Source: Daphnia carinata
Lineage: Eukaryota
Reading direction: 5' to 3'
Length of the DNA stretch: 64,000 bases
Assembly (NCBI RefSeq): GCF_022539665.2
Contig: NC_081331.1
Coordinates: 1,364,001-1,428,000 of the forward strand
Part shown: positions 41,501-53,500 of the stretch, piece by piece
How the letters are laid out: the number at the start of each line of letters is the position of its first letter
How positions within the stretch are numbered: position 1 is the first letter of the stretch
Program-made: the position numbers and the translations under genes
The notes under the pieces: model-generated
What the model was told of the DNA's origin: nothing
Database searches by the model: none
Seen by the model: only the letters and a program-made list of their open reading frames with translations

Positions 41501-44500
41501 TTATCGGAGAGCGTTGGATGAGTTCCGGTCGGATGACAGGGTCTTCAAGAACCGTCATCTTTACCGTGCGAATGGAACTCTTGATCGATATACATACAGA
41601 CACACTTATACGGTCTGCTATGTATGAAGCTCAGCTCCAGTCCTAAATCAATTTCCGTCAAAATCCACAACCAACAGACTTACAGTGCCATACGGTTATA
41701 TGCACCGTGATTTCTAAGCCCACACTGTAGCATCGTTGCAATCTAATGCCAAAAAAGAAGAAAGAAAAGATGACATCGATGGAGATTGAAACTGAAAAAA
41801 TGTCATCCATAGCGACAAAATTATAGTTGACGTTTAACATTGCGTTTTTCTTCCTTCAACATATTACCTAGTAAATACGTTTTGTTTTTATCGTGTTCCC
41901 TCTAACCGTTTCTTATCTTTAATAAACATGCGCTGTAATCTCCATCCTACGCACGAAAAATAAAAACGTTTGCTTTGTTAACCTTTCGATTCGAATATGA
42001 ACGCGATGAATCCCGATAGAAAGTTGATACTGACGGCATTATGCCATCCGCGTTTTGATGGCGCAACGTCTAAAATGATTAAAGTTTTCCTTTTCAAACA
42101 AATCTTGCATAAGTCGATCATCTGCTTTTTTAAGGAGGTTGAAGGACTCAAAATTGATATTCACGCATAGTTTTCGATGGTAGGATGTTAAGCTTGGACT
42201 ACGGACCGTTTGACAAACATCGGATCGAACTCCTCAATACACCTTGTGCAATAGATAGCGTTCATATTTGACGTGAGGCCTTATAGGATACTGTCTAATT
42301 GATCGTGACGAAACGCTACCCTCATGTAATGAAAATGAAATCCATCTCGAGTATGAATCGAACAAGTCGCATCTTAGCACAAGTTCTCTGTTGCATCCAC
42401 CGCACCATTGACACACGTACATTCACCACTTTCGTCTCACTATAATGGCTTATATACCAGTTTCGGGATGTATAAAGAAGTGTCTGTCATAGAAATTTTA
42501 GTAAAATGTCCGAAAGACCCGAAAGGATTTGAAAGGGATTTGTTGCCATGAGCGCATATTCTTATGTAACTTGTTGAAAATTCATTTTGGCAAGTTATCA
42601 TTCCCTAGAGGAGTTTGCATGCTTTATGTGCTATTACTTTTCGTCGGTGCCCTCAATTATTTTGACTCCCACGTAAGCAAACTTGGTTCACTATAAGGTT
42701 CCAAAGTTGTAAGTTCCATTTGGCGAGTCCATCTCAACATCAAATGCGAATAGGATATAAAACATTTTGAAGGCCAATTGAAAGTAGCAAGGAGGACAAA
42801 GTTATGTTCAACAAATGATTTTTTTGAAATTCAATCATTTTAGAATTAATCATTCTTGTTCCGTATTTTCCACAGGTTGTCACGGTGGCCCCAATGAGAA
42901 GAGATTGCTCAGTAACCTGCTAGACAAGTACAACACACTGGAACGACCCGTTTCTAATGAGTCGGAGCCAGTCGTCGTCAGTTTTGGACTAACCCTAATG
43001 CAGATTATTGACGTGGTAAGAATCCACCGTACTAAAATGAGTACATTAGATTACTGTAGCATATAAACGCAGCGCTTTTTTCCGGTATCTAATTAATCTG
43101 TTTTGAGCTTTCATCATCAATTCCGTGTGGTACGAGCTTTAGAATTCAATTCTTGATGATTTACCACAACGGTCATGGTAAAATATAAGTGAATCAAAAT
43201 GTTAAACAGTAACTACCTATTAAATTCAGATGAGGATGTGGAACCCATAACACGGCAAGTCGGTGAAAGTGGGTTTAAAATGCATGACTGTTACCTTATT
43301 AATTGAGTTGCCCTTTGTCCAGAGAGACTGTAACGTAGGCAAAAGGCAATTTGACTTCTATGCAAAAATCATGAGACATTCGTATATTTTTTTAAATAAG
43401 GGGAAAAAGTAACTAGTAAAACTTGATTACGCAATTTTGGGGGGTTGTTGTTTCAGTAGTTTTATTTTGAAATCCACTGCGGTAGCAAAAGATTAACGAT
43501 CTACTTATTCTGTTTTATCTGCTAGGATGAAAAAAATCAAATTCTAACGACGAACGCCTGGCTTAATTTGGTAAGAATATTTCCCTATTTTTTTTCGGCG
43601 ACATCGCCGTTTTTATGTTTTTCTTTCCTTGCTCTCGTTTCCTAAACTCTGCGTGCCGCTTTCTAGTTGGGCAAAGAGCATAGCAGCAAAAAGCACCATG
43701 CACTTAAATATTGAATAGTCCTGCGTCAGATTTATCCGAGTGAAGCCTGTCCTCAATCGGCATGTAGAGAAATCCGAGAACTCGTTCTTCTTTTGTTTTT
43801 TTTTTTTTTTTTTGCTTTTAGAGCATACATATCTAGAAAATTAATTAGTGCTCTCTCACATAAGCCTGTTCCTTTTCTTTCCCTTTGTCTTACGTTTTGT
43901 TGTGACCACTACAGGATTGGAGGGATCAAAATCTGATATGGAACCCGGCGAACTACAGTGGCGTAAAGGACGTCCGCATCCCACCCAACCGCATCTGGAA
44001 GCCCGACATCCTTCTCTACAACAGGTTATTCGATTGATTGCTATATGCATTAATTTAATCTATAAAAACATATTCTGTTGGCAGGCCGGATATGTTCGGT
44101 CCTTTCAATTTCAATATAGAATGTTTAACTATAAAAACGAACATTGAAAGATATAAGACTAAATTGTGTCACAGGAGTTAGAAGAGTCATGAAAGATTGA
44201 ATCGGGATGTTTCGAATTTAGGTAGGCAATATAGGTAACGCAACGGTGAGGTATGTACTGTAGATCAGATAGATCGAAATCTGTAGGGGAGGTTTGCGTG
44301 CACTGAAAGACCCCTCGAGTGTCGAGTGCGCCGACGTTCAACTAAGAGGCCTGAGTTCAAGTTACATTGGATTTCAAGATTTCAATAATATCTCTTTACA
44401 TTTTACCCGCCATTCCTGGTGCCTCTTTTCTGCGATTCGGTGGCAATGCGTATAAGAGATTACGAGCTCGAGAATGTAAATAAGGGCTCACTGATTCTTG

Positions 44501-47500
44501 CACGTACACCCAGTGGGCGTACAAAAGGCATGCAAATGAAACGATTATATTCCTTTGACAAAGCTCACGCAGCGCACGTCTATGTAACTTTAATTTCAAA
44601 AACATTTCAAATAACGTGCCTGAAAAAATATAATCAAAGATATTCCTCTGTCGTACACGCAGTTCAACTGACTCGTCGGAATGTTTTTGACTTCGTCCTA
44701 CTTTGCCTTGCCTATCAGTTTTCATAGCCTCACGCAAACGTGAAACTTGAAATAAACTATTTAAAGAAAGGGTTTCGACAAATCCAGCCAATTTCAGTTC
44801 CGAATCAACAAGTGGAACATTCGTGCAACCAAACACAAGGCGAAATGAAGCATCCACCCTCGGTTGCCAACTTGTCATGTTTCCATTAACACTGGAGCTG
44901 ACGCAGAACTTGTGTGTTCAAGCAATTGCTGCAACTGACAACCTCTTTCGACAGAAATAAATCATTGTACACGAGGGAAAATGAAGGAAGATGCCTGGCC
45001 GCTGAACAGTTACTTCTTTGCCTCGTGAGAGTTATAATAAACCCGAGACCTATCGATCGGCATAGTGAAGGAAAACTGTAAAGAGTTGGAGGGCGACCCA
45101 GGACCAGCAGGCCGACATAGCTGTAAGAGAAACAGTGTGTGTGTCGCCTCATGCGCACTCATCTATTTCCACCGGTCCAACTGACTGGCGCTCCAATTAC
45201 TTGGATGCCTTCTATCCAAAATGAGAAAACAACGCGCCATGGAGGACCATCAATTTTCGGTTTCTCCAACTTCGTTCTCCCATTCGGTGCCATGTTTTTG
45301 CTCATTCTATATTACAGCGATGGAGAAAAGGAATCCACTCGGAAACAAAATGAGAACCAATGACTGTAAAGTTTGGCTGTATATGAGTTTCTTTTTCTTC
45401 CTCCGTTTCTTTCATAACTCCCACTACTTCCTTTCTTTCTTTTTCTTAAACCAGTGAAATGCTACAGACTTAGAACAGTTGTTCTCCTAGCGAACCCAAT
45501 CTAGTTCCTAAACAAATCATTGGCGTAGAAGGAAGTGGCAATGATTTCATTTCGCCTTTCGGTGTCGAATGGAGTGGGCCCTGTATAATATTGTCGAGCC
45601 TTCTCCAGTTTTTCTTGTTAGCTGTGCTTCCTCTTAAAATAATATTTGCCGTCTTTTACCCTGCTAGTTGTGATTAAACTTTTTCTTTTCGTTGGCTTCT
45701 TGGCACTCCTCTCTTGAAATTCAAATTTCTTTTGTTTATTGGTGCGAAATGTAGCGCTCACGAGGGTTTCGACAACACATTTCAAACCAACGTTGTTGTG
45801 CGGCACAATGGCAGCTGCAACTACATCCCGCCGGGCATCTTCAAAAGCACTTGTAAAATCGATATCACCTGGTTTCCCTTCGATGACCAACAGTGTAAAA
45901 TGAAATTCGGTAGCTGGACTTACGACGGTTTCATGGTCAGTTTCTCCTATTTCATCTCGTTTATTTTACGGCATTGACAATCTGCAATTTGCAAACGCAG
46001 TTGGATCTGGTGGAGAAGTCGACGGACGGCGGTGATATTAGTGGTTTCATCACCAACGGCGAATGGGACTTGATCGGCGTACCTAGCAACCGCACAGTTG
46101 AATACTACACATGCTGCCCGGAGCCTTACGTAGACATCACATTCACCATACACATCAGGCGGCGGACACTTTACTACTTTTTCAACCTTATCGTTCCCTC
46201 CGTGCTCATTTCTTCCATGGCGCTTCTCGGCTTCACCCTTCCCCCGGATTCGGGAGAGAAGCTCACTTTAGGTATGTCATTACTTTGATAAATTCCAAAA
46301 TAAAATAAATACGTCACGGGGTCCCAAGTACTGCAACAGGAAAACGATCAACATTCGTTAAGATACCTTTTCGTTATCGATTTGTGGTAGCCAATTAGGT
46401 GTTAAGTATGGCGGATCACTACAGACAATTGCATTCCCAATTTATAGGACTATGCATAGGATAAAACTAAAAGCACGTACCCATGATGTATTAGGATATC
46501 CTCTACGAATAAGAGACGACAACATAGGGGCGCACCTATCGATTTTGTAAAGACAGACAGCACCGTGCAGGCTTGCACTTAAAATAAAATAAAAAATTCA
46601 ATCTATTACATCACGTTAAACGTAAAGTATGTGTTGCGTGAGGAAATAGGGAGGAAACCGATAAAAAAAAAGGGAAGAGAACACAACATCAAATGGAAAA
46701 CGGTAGCAGCTCTCCAAATCTGCGACTCTCGTTTTTATCGTTACGGTCCATCGCTCGTCGTCCCTGCTCCCCCCTCAATCGTGTCTTGATTATCGTTATT
46801 TACTTTGAACTTGGAAAATCTAAGAATCGATCACCTACTCCTAGTCTTCGCACAGCTGAGAGACAGGGGAAGGAAAGCGTAGGATTATGGCAGTGTCCAA
46901 TCGCGATTTTGTAACACTGCCGAGATGCTCATCTGTTCTCATGTTCTTTAGAAAAGATATCGACCGTGAATAATCATCGTCGTTCAAATACGTTCCAATG
47001 AACCTACAGAACTGTAGAAATTTCAATATGATGATACGCGTGCGTAGGCTTTACGCATACGATATAGAAAACCTGCGTGACCTCGACCTGTAACAACCGT
47101 AATTTTCCTAAATTAACAATTTAGTTGTAATCTCGAAAATCGCCATAATTACACGACAGGTTTAATCAACTAATGAGCTGCACAATAGTTCTAATTGGTG
47201 AGTTGCAAGCAATATTAACGGAGCGCTCCGGTCACTGCATTGCTTTAACAAAAGCCCTATGGGGGAAGATGATTCGGGGCGAACGACAATGTCACTTGTT
47301 CTGTTCGTCAAATTCATGATTGCTGCCGTCTTCTTATATGTTGTCGATGAATCTTTTCGAAGCCAAAAAAAACAAACAAAAATAATAACCATATGGGAAT
47401 GTCGGTCTGTCAAGGTTTATCTTGTTGTATCAATCGGAGTTTCACGAACATGGAGGAAAACAAACGGGAAACGTAAGAAATGTCCGTCGATCAAAAGAGT

Positions 47501-50500
47501 CTGCTTTCCACCTTGCAAAGGCATTATTCCCACTGGACGGACTCTATATCGCATATCATACATTCTACACTGGGCATTGGCTATATGTACACTCCTGGGG
47601 TGGGAAAAAGAACACGTGATTTCTGACTGACAATAGGCCTCTCTGGCGCTCAGCCGTTCTCTTTTCGTCAGTTGTGTTGAGCGCACAAGCGCCTTAGCTG
47701 GCGCAAAGGATGCAGGCATCAAACACAATACATGACGCACAGGAAGGAATCTATTATTCAGGCAGCGAGCACCAACCGACAGCAAGACTCCGGCCGTCCA
47801 ACGCTGGACACATATTTAGTCTAGAATTGTAAAATCTATACCACACAATGCGTGATACGTACCTAATGACTTTTTCCATCTACATATCATCCGTAAACAC
47901 AGTGTAGCACTTTATGCCGTACTTTCAAGTTTTATGATTGCCAGCGCATAACCAAACATCCGCACATTGAAATGTAATATTTGAAGAGCTCTTCATATTA
48001 GACGGATTATTGCCAGTTTTAAAAGTTGTTAAAGATACTTTAATCGGTAGATGCTCTGGTTAGACAATTGAAAGTTTATATACAAGTTCGTGAGTTTTAG
48101 GGTATGTAAAATGTTGTTTTTCTTCCAGCGTGAGTCTGACGGCTATTGTCGGAGCCATTGTTTCCGTCCGAGCCGCTAGGGCAGTTTAGTGGCACAATAT
48201 TTCACGTATATATTGCCATGTTTCCGACATGGCCGGGAGCTTTCGCCTATATACAATTGTCTGTACCTTCGGGGTTAGGTGTCTACCATTGCTTTCCACT
48301 AGACGCCTCTTTGGTACATTTTTACAGCGTGGGCGATTACCAGCAGCTGTTGTTGCATCCTTGTTGCATACTTCAAACTGTACACAATTGACAACAAACT
48401 TTATTCTTTTTCGTTGTCTCCTTTTTCACTACCCTGCTGATTGTCAATTGTTTATTTTTTGCGTTTATTCGCAAATCGTAGGAGTTACCATTTTGCTGTC
48501 TTTGACGGTATTTCTCAACCTGGTTGCCGAAACGCTGCCCCAAGTTTCCGACGCCATTCCGCTTCTAGGTAACACTAAATTTAAATCAAATTTTAAATCC
48601 CTTTCCGTGTGGAATTTTGCCTAGTTCTGCCTTTACTTTTCCTTTCATTCTATGTCGTTTGTCGCTCAAACTTGGCACTAGATAAACTGTTGCATATTAC
48701 CACAGAGCAGGGCTGAAATGCCAAATAAGAAAAGCATGGGTTATGTGGTGCGATGAATGCCATTCCTTCTTGCTCTGTTTCAATTACTTATTGTGCATGT
48801 TGTATTACACGTCTGGCAAGTGTCGGAATTCACCCATGTTACACCTCTCGCATCGGCAACCAGCTGCACACGGTGTAACTGAAGCGCATGAACTATTTAT
48901 TCAAACAATCACGTTTCTTCTGTTAGCCTAGACATAGAGCATGAATGCTTAATGAACATTTGAGTACTGGTTCGCACTGAACTGGCGCGGGCTTTCGCCG
49001 TCTCGTTTCAGTTCTTTGAATATACCGAAACAATTTCGAAAGTTTGCACAGAGACTCAACCTAGCCGGAATTATGTACCTTATTCATTTCAACGGGTAAA
49101 CGAAAAATCCTGAGTGCGTTTTATGATGTGTTTACAGAATGAAGCACACATCATAGCTATAAATAACGGGAGCGTGAGGCAGTGAATACAAAAACATACT
49201 CGCCCTAATGTTTTCCTTTCACCAAAAGAGGAGGCGTTTGGCCCATTTTTCTTATTGCAAGTGAAAAGGTTAATTTACCGGATGAAAATCGCAGAACAAC
49301 TGGCACATAAAACTGTAAATTCATATTTTCATTTTCTATCATATTTTCTGCTTAGTTTTCCCAGCCATCTTTTTACCGCAGGCTGGTGTCGTAGATTTTG
49401 CCAAAGATGGCTGTAATTTTATTCATAGCAATAATGATTAACGAGGGTTTTGAAACGAAGTCCCCCCATAATCAAAATACGGGAACCGGAGCCTAGGGAT
49501 GATATACGAATGGCTCTTCAGCTCAGAATAATTGGAAACGGTTCTGTAAAAGTCATGTCTAGCCTCGAATGACAAAAGAGACTCCGTTCTACAAGTAGGT
49601 TTCGTGTGGGTATGTCCAGCAGCAGAAAGAATGGCGATAGAACGACCACATAGCCGGCGGATAAATGGTTTTATTTTCTGCCCAATGATAAAAAGACCAG
49701 TCTGTTATAGAACAAGTAGATTGTTTAATCATTACAAAAGAAGACAAGGCTTTTTTCGTCAAACATCTGCTCACTTGTCTAACCCAGTTAGCCAACGTCC
49801 AGCACGAACGAAGAGCGATGGTGATATGTTGACGACCAAATTTTTTGCCATTCCGAGAAAGAAAAGAAGAGGGCAGCGGAAACTAATTTGAATGCTGTGC
49901 AATTGAATATGCATGACATCGTGTTTCAATGCTTGTTGCCAATTCAATGTTTCAATGTCAATATACGAAAGCGAAGCGTCTCTATCCAATCAGTCGACGT
50001 CCTTCCATGATCGTGAAAACTGATATGACCAAATTGATTTGTTTAGGCACTTATTTCAATTGCATCATGTTCATGGTGGCATCTTCCGTCGTCCTGACCG
50101 TCGTCGTCCTCAACTATCACCATAGGCGGGCGGAAATGCACGAAATGCCTCCATGGGTAAGTTAGCCCTTTATGTGTTTTTCATCCATACTACAATTACA
50201 TCACGATTGCAACGGTCTCTTTACTTAAAACAATAACAAAAACGTTCCGAATAAAATCAATTTCCTCTAATAGAACTTATGATTGATGGTTAGGTACGAA
50301 CATTGTTCTTGCTGTGGCTGCCTTGGATACTACGAATGAGCCGGCCGGGCAAGAAAGTGACGCGCAAAACGATCCTGATGAACAGCCGAATTAAAGAAAT
50401 GGAATTAAAGGAGCGATCGTCGCGCAGTCTGCTGGCCAACGTCCTGGACATGGACGACGACTTTCGCAGCGCGTCGGGCATCTCTTACGCGCCCACGTAC

Positions 50501-53500
50501 AACAGCAATCTGACGAACCGTTACAGCAGCGGCGGTGGCGTAGGATCGGGATTAGGAGGCGTAGGAGGAAATGGCGGTAGAGGCGTCATCATCGGTGGCC
50601 CTGCTGGCGGAGGAGTTGGTCCAGGAAATAGCTCAACATTACCCCATTTCCCGACTTCGGGCTCCTATCACCAGCAGCAGGCGTCCGTCGGCCAGCAACA
50701 GTCATCGGTGCATCTCGTCGAGTCGTCGCTCATTCACGGCAACATGATCTCGGCCAACGCGCAATCTTCAACGTTCGGAAGTCGGGCAGGAGGGTTCGCC
50801 ATCGACGAGGACAGTCCGTCGACTCCCTACTGCATACAGGTAAAACGCTTATTCTTTCCCCCGCAAGCCTTGACCTAAAAGAAAGAAGACGATCGTTTAT
50901 CACCACTTTCGTTTGGAAGACATGAGAAAAATTCGAAAAATGAAACGAGCAATCTTGGGTAAACTATTATTCACGCTTGATTGCAGCGCATAAACAAACA
51001 AAACAATAACAAAACAAAGGAACCGACAATCGATATCGTTCTTGTTCCGGCCCTTCAGTCATTTCACCGCCTTGTTTAATATAAGGCATACTTAAGGGTG
51101 TAGGACAGATAGACGGCATTCCTTTTCCTCCTTTTTTCTTTTGTTGCTATTTTTACTTCTTCGGAAAGGAAAAAGAATGAAAAAACCCGTCTCACTAAAA
51201 AAAAAAAAAAGGGAAAATCGATCGAGATCCTACACGACCCCGTGTTTATACGCGCATATAGAACAGCACTATCCGGATGAAATAACGGCGTTGCACATTG
51301 CTAGAATTTAACATTATTATCAATGCCACAGAGAGTCGTGGACGGTTGGAAGCTTACAATGGAAATAGCCTTTATAGCGTGGTTTATCGGTTGATAAGGC
51401 TTTAGTACCGAGGAAAATGTAAATGCGCGGTGTTATAGCTACACGTTACTGCACGTTGAGTGATATAGTACTTTACTCAGGATCTCTATTGCATGCAGAT
51501 TACTGAACTTTGTATGCTGCAGCTCAGTTAGTATAGCTAACATGAGATCCATTCACCAATTGGTGACGAAAATGCGTTGATTCTTTCCATTTCCGTGCAA
51601 CACGTACGTCAGTCAAAGTAAAGTATAGGTACTTCCAAGAAGAAGGAGAGCAAAGTGGTGGAAATAATCAAGGAGAAAACACATTATTTCCGTGAAACAT
51701 TTCTTCCTTTTCTCTTCAAAATTGACACTCCTCAGATTCAATGAAAAATTGGCAAGTGCACAGACCTGATGCGCAGCTCTCTCAAGAATTTTCTGGCCAG
51801 CATAAAAAATTGCTGTAAAAAAGGCTGTCGCGACGCAACTCTCTTAAGTGGAAATCGATTCTTTGCATTACACAGAAAGGAGCTCGTTCCCTTTAATTTA
51901 TTATGATCATATATTTCGCTCAATGCCTCACCCTCTCGTCTTTACACAACTGAATTTATTGCTTTTTTCCCAATTGAATTTTGTTTGATTACACGTCCTA
52001 CAAACTTTTGGTATAACGTATCTCGTTACCACCAACAAATTAAAAGTTTCGTTTTAAAGCTCACCATTCCCTACCAACTCCTCGTCGAATAATCAGAGAG
52101 AAAAAAAGGAAATGAAAATCTCGGATGCAATCGGGAAAAAAAGCTGCACAGTATTAAAAAAATTTTAAATAGTATCTTCAATCTATTTATAGGCTGATGG
52201 TATATGCTCAAGGGAAATCTAACACGTTGTATCGGTCCCACGTATCAAACCATCGCTATTAACGGGTCTACGTTTCTTACGTCCACTGCCTCGCTTTCTC
52301 ATCCAAATCGTCACGATTTACGTGCCCCTCCAACCGATTTGTCCGTTGATTATTACTCAAGCAATAACCTGTGGGAGATTCAAATCCTTCTTTGTATGCG
52401 TCCCATCTTGTTCCTCCTTTTATTCTACCGTTTTTCTTGTTTAAAAACGATCGACAGCTTACGTGTGGGTGTTCAAAGATGAAGCTCATATGCAGACTCC
52501 TTAGTTGTGAGACTGTTGAAGGTAGGCCCCTTGCCATTATTGTCCTATTTAACGACGTTTCCTTCTTAAATGGGTTTTGAAAAGTTTTTCGTAGCGTTGG
52601 GAATGGAATCCATTAGTGATGTCGAAAGAAATGAAATGGGAGTGAAAAAAAGGCGCTTTCATTCTTCTTTTCTTTTTTGCTATTTCCCAAGTGTTGAATT
52701 CACCGAGTGAAAAAAAAAAAAGAACTTAACGAGGAATGAGGCTAGGATGAAGCTTATGGTGTTGACGCGTCGTTTGATCGTCACCAATGGTAACACCTAA
52801 ATCGTGTTTCGGTGAACTAAAAGTGCTTCAGCAGTTAGTTCAACAATTCAATAGATTTCCCAACGTAGAAAAACATAGGCAGCATATTTGTGCTCTATAG
52901 TCATTGAATAGGACACGCCATAGGGTCTGTCTACGTGTATGACTTATGCTTATTGTATATTGCATCCCTTAGAACAAAACAATGCCACTAGGCCCAAATC
53001 TAACATTATCGATTTTAATTCCTGTCAAAGACGGAGTCGCCTGACGGTGCATGTCTAAAGGCAAAAGAAGAAATTTGCTTCAGGGTCATAAAAGAGGCAG
53101 TCGTCAAACTTCATTTCCGTGCTATATACTTGCGCATCTCATGAAATTCACGCTTGTGCGGGTTTCATTACGTTGAGATGAGAACACGGACGACAAGCCT
53201 CCGCACTGCAAACTCGTTAGTTGACTTTAGACTCCTATTGACAATGACTCTCTTCTCTTGTACTCCGCCTAGAGGTATACGACAAGGAGACTGCTTCATA
53301 CCAGTGTCTTCTTTTTAAAGGGCTTTCAAATGGCACGAACCTGAATCTGTGTTAGAGATCATGAAGTCAGGTTTTCATTTTGCAATATCCGCCTATTTAT
53401 ATGTACACGGGGAAGTTAGTGGGAACCTGTCAGGAACAACAGGCGGCGTTCGGAGAAGCACAGGGGACTTCTAAACAGTTACGTTAGACGACCGCCATAT

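Noticed and set aside
43225..43275. GATGAGGATGTG... as a possible exon 3b
   Set aside because: The frame needs the acceptor G, and the peptide [15 protein letters not shown] does not match loop D.
44769..44781. 13-nt match (AGGGTTTCGACAA) to the start of exon 5 within intron 4
   Set aside because: The flanks do not align and the match is in direct orientation, so it is neither a duplicated exon nor an editing partner.
47300..47390. [11 protein letters not shown] resembles exon 8a [11 protein letters not shown]
   Set aside because: No AG acceptor or GT donor at 87-bp spacing and the rest does not align; probably chance.
48112..48135. TTTTTCTTCCAG-C-GTGAGT, acceptor and donor one base apart
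   Set aside because: A 1-nt exon would frameshift the receptor; not a true AG|GT site; no support.
48275..48370. AG|GTGTCTACCATT resembles the start of an exon 8 copy (GVTI after a 1-nt indel)
   Set aside because: Needs a frameshift, hits a stop, similarity then fades, and there is no donor.
48755..48850. Hydrophobic frame LLALF...QVSE reminiscent of exon 8b
   Set aside because: Wrong spacing and no splice sites.
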